Positions 16,383-24,603 of a DNA stretch of 64,000 nucleotides are shown here, piece by piece. The stretch is from the NCBI GenBank assembly GCA_965220245.1, contig CBDCPI010000013.1, positions 456,900 to 520,899 on the forward strand. Reading direction: 5' to 3'. The notes below the pieces were generated by a model. The model was not told the origin of the DNA, searched no databases, and saw nothing but the letters and a program-made list of their open reading frames with translations. Within the stretch, counting starts at the first letter, position 1; each line of letters opens with the position of its first letter. The translations under genes and the position numbers were made by a program. The stretch comes from Dehalococcoidia bacterium (lineage in GTDB: Bacteria > Chloroflexota > Dehalococcoidia > Lucifugimonadales > UBA3495).

Positions 16383-18861
16383 AGAGGAAACCTCTCAGGG
16401 CATGGCTGTAACGCTGATACGCCAGACCAGTGCCCAGTAACAAGATGCCCAGGGTTACAAAAGCGGCGACCCGGTACCCTTTTTCCAAGAGAAAGACGTC
16501 GAACACGAACAGTTTGACCACAGGGACCGCCAGCAGAGCTATGCCGACCAGCCGCATCCTGCTGGACCCTTTGGCGATTCCCACGCCAATCACCGCGATG
16601 GCGTACACTGCCCAAAGCACGGTCAACGAGAGATGCTTGGCGCTGAAAGAATCTACGCCAAAGGAAAACTCCCGGAAGTCAAAGAAATGGATGACTTCCA
16701 GGCTCAGCGACCACACGGCAACGACGTTGGCGGCTATGAGGAGGGCCTTGAAAGTGTGAGCTTCCTTTCCGGGAAGGTCTGACCTTTTGCGCCAAGTCCA
16801 GTAAGCCGCGCCCAGCAGCAAGACCATCACGATTGCCGAGGTCAGGAATTGCGGGTTGAGGAAGGCGACAAATGTGGCCGGTTCCAATTGCACCTGTTGC
16901 GTGTCGTAGGCCAAGAGCTTTAGCACCACTAACCCCATCAATGCCAGGCCGCCCCACCGGGCTTGGCGCAACCGGAACGCCAGTCCAACGGCTAGGACAA
17001 TGAACCCGTAGGTCCCCCACAGGGCAGTCAGGGTTAGCAACGTCCCGTTTTCTCTGTTCTGGTTACCCAAGAATTCCCCGGCTTGGACCGCATTGCTGCC
17101 AAAATAGTCTATTGTTTCCAGGCTGAACAGCCCCAGCGTGAGCAAGTTCGCGATGGTCAGCAGAGCCGGGACCGCGGCCTGCTCCCAAGTTTCCGACAGG
17201 CCGCGATTGCGCCAATACACCAGCCCGGCTACATAGAACGCGCCGATCACCACTAGGAACACGGGGAACCGCTCGTTTAGGACAGGGGTGAACCCCTTCA
17301 GCGCCACCCCGGCATCGAACACCAGCAGATGTCCCACCGCCAGCGCCAATACACCGAGACCGAACGCCCGCATTTGCCACCGGTATGAGCGGAATCCGGC
17401 CCATACCAGCACCGCGCCTTGGGCCGCCCAGGCGACGGTAACCCAGACGCCGCTGAACTGCAGCGGCACGGCGATGGTGAAGAAGACCATCGCCATTGGC
17501 AAGGCGACCAGGGGAAGTTGCGGCGGAGCGCCAGACCGCTTGAGGGCCGCGAACGCTATCAGCCCGTAGAACAGGGACATGCCCAGGGAAATCAGACCGA
17601 ACCAGATTTCGTGGCCCTCCCACAGTATTGATACTGTCAGCACGAAAAACCCGGTCCCGTTGATTGCCATGAGACCCATGTCGAGAGGTCTTGGAACACG
17701 CCTCCACAGGAGGTGGAACAGTGTGGTTGCGCCCGCGAATATGAGAAATACCCCGGTTAGAGCACCCTGCACTAGGAGGGGTTCGTAGCCGGGGAACCGG
17801 TCCAGCCAGTGGGCAAACAGGCCGTATGAACCAACCCATCCCAACAGGTTGAACCAACGCCAATTGCGAAAAGTTGATACGCCGAGAATCCCAAGGTCGA
17901 CCACTAGGATATATACGAGCATCAACCTGGCGTCGGGGAGATCAGGGCCAAGAAGGGCCGGTCCAAGGAAAGCGCCTATAATGCCCAAGACTGCGATGAT
18001 GATCGATTCGTACCGCAGGGCCAGAAGCCCCACCACGGCTACCACCAAGGCCAAGAAGAGGAACGCCACGTCGGGCCGGATGAGCGCGTATAGTCCGAAA
18101 GCGGCATAAATGGACAAGTAGAGGATGGCGGCCCCGCCCGCCGTTACTGGCTGGGACCACAGGGGAAAGCGACGCTGAGTGTATTCACCCACACCCAACA
18201 GGGCCATTCCCACGAGGATGCCCAAAACGACCCGGCCGGTGTCACCGATCCAGTCGTTGTCGAAGGCCAGCTTCAGGAAAAACCCGATCCCCAGCACTAG
18301 GGTCACCGCCCCAATGATGGCGAACCAGTTCCTCCCTAGGACCTGCTCCCAATCAATCGTGAGACCAAAATAACGAGGCCCCCCGAAAATACCCTCACCA
18401 CCGGCGGCGAGACCGGGTGGCGGCGGGCCGCCGCGTGCGCCTGCCCCGGCCGGCCCAGGAGTTGGACTGAACGGACCTAAGGCCCCTGGGGTAGTTGAAC
18501 CCTCAAGAGAGGCCGGTTGGTTCTGGGCCTCGCTCTCCGGTCGAGTTGGTGGCTCCGGCCCCGGCGCTAGAGGTACAACCTCGAGAGCTGGCGGGCTGTC
18601 TTGCCTGGGCGCCGCGGCGTCCAACTCCAGTTGAGCGATGCGGTGCTGAAGCCGGTCCAGCAACAGCCCGGCCTCCCGAAGCTGGCTCCGGACCGCGGCT
18701 AGTTCCGCTCGAAAGGCCCGCTGCTCTTCCTCCGCGTTGCTCTGGCCGACGCCCGCACTCTCCGGGCGGCCAACCCTCGGCAACCTGACACCGCAGCGAA
18801 AGCAGAAGGAGCTGGAAGCCGGGTTTACCCGCTGGCAATGTGGGCACTTTGCTTTACTCAC
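16366..18861 (-). CDS. DUF2339-like polytopic membrane protein with an N-terminal zinc ribbon
   Basis: 831 aa. CPHC...CFRC zinc ribbon, coiled-coil segment, Pro-rich linker, then many hydrophobic helices to the C-terminus. Confidence 0.8.
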   Translation of the reverse strand: MSKAKCPHCQRVNPASSSFCFRCGVRLPRVGRPESAGVGQSNAEEEQRAFRAELAAVRSQLREAGLLLDRLQHRIAQLELDAAAPRQDSPPALEVVPLAPGPEPPTRPESEAQNQPASLEGSTTPGALGPFSPTPGPAGAGARGGPPPPGLAAGGEGIFGGPRYFGLTIDWEQVLGRNWFAIIGAVTLVLGIGFFLKLAFDNDWIGDTGRVVLGILVGMALLGVGEYTQRRFPLWSQPVTAGGAAILYLSIYAAFGLYALIRPDVAFLFLALVVAVVGLLALRYESIIIAVLGIIGAFLGPALLGPDLPDARLMLVYILVVDLGILGVSTFRNWRWFNLLGWVGSYGLFAHWLDRFPGYEPLLVQGALTGVFLIFAGATTLFHLLWRRVPRPLDMGLMAINGTGFFVLTVSILWEGHEIWFGLISLGMSLFYGLIAFAALKRSGAPPQLPLVALPMAMVFFTIAVPLQFSGVWVTVAWAAQGAVLVWAGFRSYRWQMRAFGLGVLALAVGHLLVFDAGVALKGFTPVLNERFPVFLVVIGAFYVAGLVYWRNRGLSETWEQAAVPALLTIANLLTLGLFSLETIDYFGSNAVQAGEFLGNQNRENGTLLTLTALWGTYGFIVLAVGLAFRLRQARWGGLALMGLVVLKLLAYDTQQVQLEPATFVAFLNPQFLTSAIVMVLLLGAAYWTWRKRSDLPGKEAHTFKALLIAANVVAVWSLSLEVIHFFDFREFSFGVDSFSAKHLSLTVLWAVYAIAVIGVGIAKGSSRMRLVGIALLAVPVVKLFVFDVFLLEKGYRVAAFVTLGILLLGTGLAYQRYSHALRGFLFGQRA

Positions 18862-18934
18862 TGCCGAGCCCTCCCATCCTTCCGTGCTCCCAGCTACAGG
18901 ATAAACTATATCACTCCAAGTCCATTCATCCCGA

Positions 18935-18960
18935 GTAACTGTTCAGATCATCGTGAGAGG
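18935..18960 (+). repeat. Orphan sequence matching the IS66-family left terminus
   Basis: gtaactgttcaga is identical over 13 nt to the IS end at 55033, and a following gtgag(a)gg is also shared. No transposase gene is adjacent. Confidence 0.5.
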
Positions 18961-19053
18961 ATAGGGGCAACGCAAAGGCGCAAGGGTCGAAAAACGTTTA
19001 GCGTTTAGGGTGAGCAGTACGCGAAGGCGCCAGCAGTGTTCATAAGGAATAAG

Positions 19054-20136
19054 GGCTTTGTTGAATGAATGGGAGGTAGTGTTAAGCTGGAGGCATGAAG
19101 CGAGCACCGCAAGCCTCCAAAGCTCGTCCCAAGAAACGCACCACCACCAGGAAATCCCAGTATCGGATACGTAACTGGCATGACTACAACGAAAGCCTGG
19201 TCCAGCGGGGTTCAATAACCCTATGGACCAGCGAAGAGGATATTGGGGCCTGGAAGCCCGACGGCCCCCGAAAGCGCGGTGGGCAGTTTCAGTATTCCGA
19301 TGGAGCAATCCAGTGTCTGTTGATGGTGCGCAGCGTCTTCCACTTGACCCTGAGGGCTGCCGAAGGGTTTCTCCGGTCCGTGTTTCACTTGCTGGAGTGG
19401 GATTTGCCGGTGCCGGACTATACCACCCTCTGCAAGCGCGCCAAGCGCCTGGGGGTTTCCTTGCTCAGGAAAGCTGCTGGGCCCTTGCACCTGGTACTGG
19501 ACAGCACCGGGTTGAAAGTCTTTGGGGAGGGAGAATGGAAGGTGCGTCAGCATGGCTATACCAAACGGCGCACCTGGAGGAAGCTCCATCTAAGCGTGGA
19601 CAGTGAAACCCAGGAGATCCAGGCCGTGGTACTGAGCGAGGCCAGCCTGGACGATGCGGGAGCGGTGCCCGAACTTCTGGACCAGAGCACCGAGTCAGTG
19701 GAGCAGGTGGGTGGCGATGGGGCCTACGACAAAAGGAAGGTATATGAGGGCTGCGCTGTCAGAGGTGTCAGGCGGGTAGCAATTCCACCTCGAAAGGATG
19801 CCCGTATCTGGCAGCATGGGAACTGTGCCACCCCGCCCCTGGTGCGGGACGAGAACCTGAGAAGGATTCGGAAGGCAGGACGTAAGCGGTGGAAACAAGA
19901 GTCGGGCTATCATCGGCGTTCCCTGGCCGAGACTGCCATGTTTCGGTTCAAGACCATCTTTGGTTCCTATCTTCAGGCCAGGAAGTTACCGCAGCAGAAG
20001 GTGGAAGCCAAGGTAAAGTGTGCCGCTTTGAATCGGATGACCCACTTGGGAATGCCGGATAGCTATCGAGTAGCATAGCTCGATTCAAAGGGTGTCGGGA
20101 CATTTCATGTGCTGCCAATATTCATGCAACAAAGCC
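19054..20136 (+). mobile_element. IS5-family, IS903-group insertion sequence, copy 2 (1083 bp), inverted relative to copy 1
   Basis: Same termini as copy 1. It has its own 9-bp direct repeat AGGAATAAG at 19045-19053 and 20137-20145. I found three base differences from copy 1 by eye. Confidence 0.9.
19095..20078 (+). CDS. IS903-group DDE transposase
   Basis: 327 aa, identical to the copy-1 protein except T4A. Confidence 0.92.
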   Translation: MKRAPQASKARPKKRTTTRKSQYRIRNWHDYNESLVQRGSITLWTSEEDIGAWKPDGPRKRGGQFQYSDGAIQCLLMVRSVFHLTLRAAEGFLRSVFHLLEWDLPVPDYTTLCKRAKRLGVSLLRKAAGPLHLVLDSTGLKVFGEGEWKVRQHGYTKRRTWRKLHLSVDSETQEIQAVVLSEASLDDAGAVPELLDQSTESVEQVGGDGAYDKRKVYEGCAVRGVRRVAIPPRKDARIWQHGNCATPPLVRDENLRRIRKAGRKRWKQESGYHRRSLAETAMFRFKTIFGSYLQARKLPQQKVEAKVKCAALNRMTHLGMPDSYRVA

Positions 20137-20195
20137 AGGAATAAGTATAAAAACCTCGCGCCATTGCGTCCTCGCGCCTTTGCGTTCCCCGTAGA

Positions 20196-20233
20196 GACCC
20201 TTCACTCTGCTCAGGGTGACAATGAAAAGACCC
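20196..20233. repeat. Single arm of the gtcaccctga...gaagggtc REP-like element (reverse orientation)
   Basis: gacccttcactctgctcagggtgacaatgaaaagaccc is the near-exact reverse complement of 5384-5421. Confidence 0.5.
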
Positions 20234-20576
20234 TAGTGAATCCCCCGCAGGGTCTTGCCGTCCAGAGACAACGCCTCCCCAAGCTCTAGCTCGCTGTTGG
20301 TCAGCCATTCCCGCAACACCGACTCAAAGGCGTCCACGTCCAAGTCTTTGAACACCCGGTGGAAGGTGGATCACAGGGCGTCTTCCCCGGCCTGAACCTC
20401 AGGAGTTACCCCGTGACCACTCTGTGGTCATGCCCCCACTGGGCTATGGCGTACAAGCTGCGGGCGCCGCAAAGCATGGCACAAACGGCCAAGCTCAGAA
20501 TTGCCCCCAGAGGGTGACGCCTGCCCTGACTTTTCCGGTGGTCGGGCACCCCATCCAAAGCTTCTCTTAACCCCAT
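20233..20576 (-). pseudogene. ISAs1-family transposase relic (N-terminal ~115 codons, frameshifted, truncated)
   Basis: Reads MGLREALDGVPDHRKSQGRRHPLGAILSLAVCAMLCGARSLYAIAQWGHDH...*, then in another frame STFHRVFKDLDVDAFESVLREWL...LSLDGKTLRG. Both match the conserved ISAs1 N-terminal region. Confidence 0.7.
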
Positions 20577-20629
20577 CTTCCTCACCTCTCCACTCTCTTG
20601 CTTAAACTCTAAAACTTATTTCATAAAAT

Positions 20630-20962
20630 GGAAAGGTCCTGCGAGTTGATCCTCACCGGAGTGGCCGGGGAGGTAATGTCTATAACTACGGTCACTGACC
20701 CGGCTGTTGTCGGCGCGTCGCAGAACGGCAGACCGAGCAGGGGTAAATCGGTAACGGCTCACGCAAGCCGTGGGGGGATGCACCCGGTCAACTGGTTGCT
20801 GCTAAGCCGCAGGTCTCGCAGGTTGGCGAGGCCGCCCAGCACGGACGGTATCTCCCGGGTCAACCGGTTCTCACCGAGGTGCAGCTTTTCCAGGTTGGTC
20901 AAGCTGCCCAGTTCCGCCGGTATCTCTCCGTATGCTTTGGCGAGACAGGACAATAGAGTCAA
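20630..20962 (-). pseudogene. Leucine-rich-repeat protein relic with an in-frame TGA
   Basis: Reads GEIPAELGSLTNLEKLHLGENRLTREIPSVLGGLANLRDLRLSSNQLTGCIPPRLA*AVTDLPLLGLPFCD. These are LxxLxLxxNxLxGxIP repeats plus the usual GCIP...LGLPFC tail. The fragment is preceded by two stops and interrupted by TGA at 20759-20761. Confidence 0.5.
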
Positions 20963-21566
20963 AACATTGGTAGGCCGCTATTACAGCCGAATCAGCCAAG
21001 TGCATGACCAGTGCTTCTACAAAGGGAGGTGCGCCTCAGAAGACACTGAACGCCGCATCCGGGAAACCGCCGAATACATCCGAGACGCTGAGAATCTGGC
21101 CTACGGCAACCTGTCGGGCACATAAGTGCATAGTTCCCCAGAGTAAAAGCTAAGGAGTGACGAAATGCCTAAAAGCCCCCCCGACTTCTACCGATAGTTT
21201 GCGCCCTTGCGTTGATTCTGCTGGCCCCCTCTTGGCCTGCGACTCCGAAGCGCCAACAGATCGGCCCGCTTCTGACGGGGCCACTCCCAAGGCCACGCCT
21301 GCTTCAACGCAGACAGCTCCTGCCTCTGAAAAGGTCGCTTCCTCGCCCACGGTTAAGGACACACCTTCGCCTTCGCCGACAACGGAAAAGACTGCGGCCA
21401 CTCCCACCACCGAGCCAACCCCGATTATTGCTGCCGTTCCTAGATTAACCCCGGCCCCGCGCCGCCGGGCATAATCAAGACCGAGGGCTACTACCACGGC
21501 GCCGAACACGGGCTTGCTCTCGCGCAGACCTCCAGCCTTATAACGATTTCCTGAATTATTCTGATC

Positions 21567-22397
21567 TTGGCGGCCTGCCGTTCCGCCAGGGGCCTGTTAC
21601 AATTAGAGGAAATACACCGCAAGAGAAAGGCCGTGTCCACCATCAACAGCCAGGAAGACTTCCTGCGCGCCCTCTCGGAAAACCCCGAATGGAGAGCGGC
21701 GGTCCGCGCCCAGATACTCGGTGAGGAACTACTGCAACTGCCCGCCCGGTTCGACGCCTTCGTCGATCAGATGACCAGGTTCATGGCCAAGCAGGAACAG
21801 TTCAACGCCGAGATAACCGAGTTTGTAGCAGAACAAAAGCGGTTCAACGATCGTATCGAGCAGCGCCTGAACGCCCTGGAAAATGACGTGAGCGCCTTGA
21901 GGGACGACGTGAGCACGTTGAAGGGGGACGTGAACACACTAAAGGGAGACATGAGCCGGATGGCGACCTACTTCAGCAATATAAAGGGCCACTACACGCG
22001 GGCCGCCGCTATCAGCAATGCCGCGGCGTTATCTGAAGACATGAACCTAGAGTATGCCGACACCTTGACCCAGGCGGAACTCGTGCGTATGGCAAGGAGA
22101 GGGAGAGACCTTGACATCCCGGCCAACGAACTCCGGAGTTTCCGTGAGGCCGATCTTGTCATCAGGGCGGAGAACGAAAGCGGGGTCGAATACATCGCGG
22201 TCGAAGCATCCTACACTGCCGACTCGCGGGACACGGGCCGCGCCCTTCGGAACGCCCGGTTCCTCATGGAATTCACGGGCAGGCCCGCCCAAGCGGCAGT
22301 CGCCAGCGTCCGGAAAGACAACGAGATAGAAGACTTGATAAGCTCCGGCTCCGTCTACTGGTATGAGACAGCGGAACGCGACGTAGAGCCGGAGTAA
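21567..22397 (+). CDS. Hypothetical coiled-coil protein with a C-terminal PD-(D/E)xK-like (restriction-endonuclease-fold-like) region
   Basis: 276-aa ORF. The real start is possibly GTG 21634, after AGAGAAAGG. Four heptads DVSALRD/DVSTLKG/DVNTLKG/DMSRMAT, then ...EADLVIRAENESGVEYIAVEAS... in the C-terminal part. Confidence 0.6.
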   Translation: MAACRSARGLLQLEEIHRKRKAVSTINSQEDFLRALSENPEWRAAVRAQILGEELLQLPARFDAFVDQMTRFMAKQEQFNAEITEFVAEQKRFNDRIEQRLNALENDVSALRDDVSTLKGDVNTLKGDMSRMATYFSNIKGHYTRAAAISNAAALSEDMNLEYADTLTQAELVRMARRGRDLDIPANELRSFREADLVIRAENESGVEYIAVEASYTADSRDTGRALRNARFLMEFTGRPAQAAVASVRKDNEIEDLISSGSVYWYETAERDVEPE

Positions 22398-22569
22398 CGC
22401 GGGAACAGACCCCAAACTGCTCCCACTCCCGGCAATCGGAAAATCTGCCATGCTCCATCCAAGGCAGATGGTTTCCCGCCCGCCTCCGGCGGGACGGAGT
22501 GGCTTATTTTCAAGTTATGTTAATGACGAGAGAAGCAGATAAGATATTTACTTACGATAGTAAGCGCCC

Positions 22570-24528
22570 TCAGGCATGGCAATGGCCGTTGGCGTGGTCT
22601 GAAGGCGGCACGTCCAAAGCCGGGTTCCGGTCGAAAAACCCAACCGGCATGAGCTTGAAACCAGTGTACATTACCGGCATTACCGGCCAGTCCTCGGGCC
22701 GGGGGACATGGTGAATACCGAAGGTATACCAAACAACGATGTCGGTGTTCTCCACATTCCGGTCTGCCTTGGTCCATTCCGGCAGCCCCGCGCCTCCGGG
22801 GTGCTGGTTCGGGTAAGGTCCGGTGGGGGCCATTTCATCGGGGTTGTACGGGGTCACCCACAGGTGCTTTCTCATAAAGCTGGCCCGCTTCGATACGCTG
22901 GCCTCCGGGTCGGCGAAGGGCAGGATATTTTCACCGGGGACCAGTTTGTAGCTCACCGGCTGCCCGATGTAGTTGTGCACCGAGGGATTGGTGATCAGCC
23001 AGTAGCGACCGGTCATGGGATCTACGGTGCGCTGGGCTTCGGACTCGGTGGCTAGCAATGTCTGTTCAGCGAAAAAGGCGGTTCCTTGGGGGTTGTCGGG
23101 GCCCATCGGCTCCGGTCTGGTATTTACCTCGTAGACCGAATTGTTCCGGCCGTCCACGCTCATATCTAAACGGACGCTGAAGAAATGCTGGTGGATATGC
23201 CCACCCAACTGGGGCGCGATCAATGAGCCGTATTTCGGGACCTCGCCCGGGGCAACGGCCATATTGTTCACGATGCCGGTCAGCTTCACCTGAAACTCGA
23301 TGTTGCCGTCTTGGTACAAGTACCAGAAAAAGCCGTATTCATAGTTGCCGACCGTAGCGATGAACGAGATGACCAAGCGCCGGGAACGGCGCACTTCAGC
23401 CTGTCCGGTGCGCCAGTCGGTATGTTTCCAAAGGATGCCGAAGTCTTCCTCGTGCAAACAGACGGCATTGGGGATATGCACCGGCTCGCCGCGGCTGTTA
23501 TTCAAGACGGCATCGAAGTAGTAGATCTGACCCAGGCAGTCACATCCCAAAGTCAACGAGTTGGCCAAGCTGCCAATGCTGGCCTCACCCACGTCGAAGG
23601 CGTTTTTGCGGAAGTTCTTCTCCTCCGGGTCCCCATAGGGCACCACCAACTCGGCCAAGGAAGCCCGGTAGATGATGGGACGCGCCCGTCCTTGGTCTTC
23701 GTAGCTGATGGTGTGCAGAACCAGTCCCTCACGCCGGGTAAAGCCGACCCTGAATCCCCACTTTTGCCAGGATACCCGGTTCCCTTCGACTTTGAAGCTG
23801 GGTCCTTCGGATTGAACGATGTCCAGGGGCTTCAGATCAGTGCGGAAATCTTGGACGAACTCGGCGGCATAGTTGCCGTCGTTGGGCGGCATGGCGACCA
23901 CACCATGGTCCTCTACCTTGATGACTTCCATCTTGTTGAGATCAACGACCGCAATCACACCCTCTATCGGGCGGGCATACCCGTTGTCGGTTGGGCTGGT
24001 GCGGAGCCAACTGCGAGCGAAGGAAAGACGCCGCCCCTTTTCCTCTTCGATCCCATAGTTGCCGGCAGGCCACGGATCGACCATTACCAGGCCGGTGTCG
24101 GTAATTCCCCTCTTTTGTAGCGCGGCGCGAAACTCGGGACACTCTTTCACTGCCTGCTCACACTCGAAGAACTCGTCCATCATTATTCTTGGCTGTACAC
24201 CAGGGATGTTCGACCACGACTTTACCTTTCCTTCGGTCAATGAGACGACGGACTCGTAGGTCGCTCCCGTTTCGTTGTCCAGCAGGATGATGAACGCTTC
24301 CCGGCCGGCTGCTAGCGGGCCATTCAGCGAGCCATCCAGACTAAGGGCGGATTCCTTCGCCGGTTCGTTTAGTACGACGGACTCAAATCTGACCTTTTCT
24401 CCCAGGCGCCGCTCCGCCCGCAGTATGGCAACCGCACGCTCGATTTCATCGGAGTTCAGGGGATCGAGGGGATGAACGGTGGTGACGGCCGAAGTTTGGA
24501 CTTGGGTGGACTGACCCATGGTTGCCAT
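22570..24528 (-). CDS. Copper-containing primary amine oxidase (topaquinone enzyme)
   Basis: 652 aa, collinear by eye with Arthrobacter AGAO. TPQ consensus TVGNYEYGFFWYLYQDGNIE, and His ligands in ...HQHFF... and ...WYTFGIHHVPR. Confidence 0.93.
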   Translation of the reverse strand: MATMGQSTQVQTSAVTTVHPLDPLNSDEIERAVAILRAERRLGEKVRFESVVLNEPAKESALSLDGSLNGPLAAGREAFIILLDNETGATYESVVSLTEGKVKSWSNIPGVQPRIMMDEFFECEQAVKECPEFRAALQKRGITDTGLVMVDPWPAGNYGIEEEKGRRLSFARSWLRTSPTDNGYARPIEGVIAVVDLNKMEVIKVEDHGVVAMPPNDGNYAAEFVQDFRTDLKPLDIVQSEGPSFKVEGNRVSWQKWGFRVGFTRREGLVLHTISYEDQGRARPIIYRASLAELVVPYGDPEEKNFRKNAFDVGEASIGSLANSLTLGCDCLGQIYYFDAVLNNSRGEPVHIPNAVCLHEEDFGILWKHTDWRTGQAEVRRSRRLVISFIATVGNYEYGFFWYLYQDGNIEFQVKLTGIVNNMAVAPGEVPKYGSLIAPQLGGHIHQHFFSVRLDMSVDGRNNSVYEVNTRPEPMGPDNPQGTAFFAEQTLLATESEAQRTVDPMTGRYWLITNPSVHNYIGQPVSYKLVPGENILPFADPEASVSKRASFMRKHLWVTPYNPDEMAPTGPYPNQHPGGAGLPEWTKADRNVENTDIVVWYTFGIHHVPRPEDWPVMPVMYTGFKLMPVGFFDRNPALDVPPSDHANGHCHA

Positions 24529-24603
24529 AAAGGACCTCCTACTTCCCGACCTAATCGCATCGACGCTGACGGCTTACAATTTTAACAGGTTACGTTTGAC
24601 AGG

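Noticed and set aside
7199-20136. A composite transposon formed by the two inverted IS903-group copies and carrying the enclosed 10.8 kb as cargo.
   Set aside because: Each IS copy has its own matching 9-bp target duplication (GGTATGAAG / GGTATGAAG and AGGAATAAG / AGGAATAAG). A composite that moved as a unit would show one duplication shared by the two outer ends only. The enclosed genes (tRNA-Val, amidohydrolases) also look like ordinary chromosomal content.
20628-21125. The 165-aa plus-strand ORF overlapping the LRR relic.
   Set aside because: It has no recognisable motifs. The opposite strand carries clear LRR units, so the ORF is most likely an antisense artefact. Its distal third (20970-21125) remains unexplained.
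21150-21509. The 105-aa plus-strand and 119-aa minus-strand ORFs over the Pro/Thr-rich stretch, considered as real genes.
   Set aside because: Both are low-complexity readings of the same DNA, with no credible start or signal peptide in frame. They are better explained as debris of a decayed surface-protein gene. They are mentioned in the graveyard finding only.
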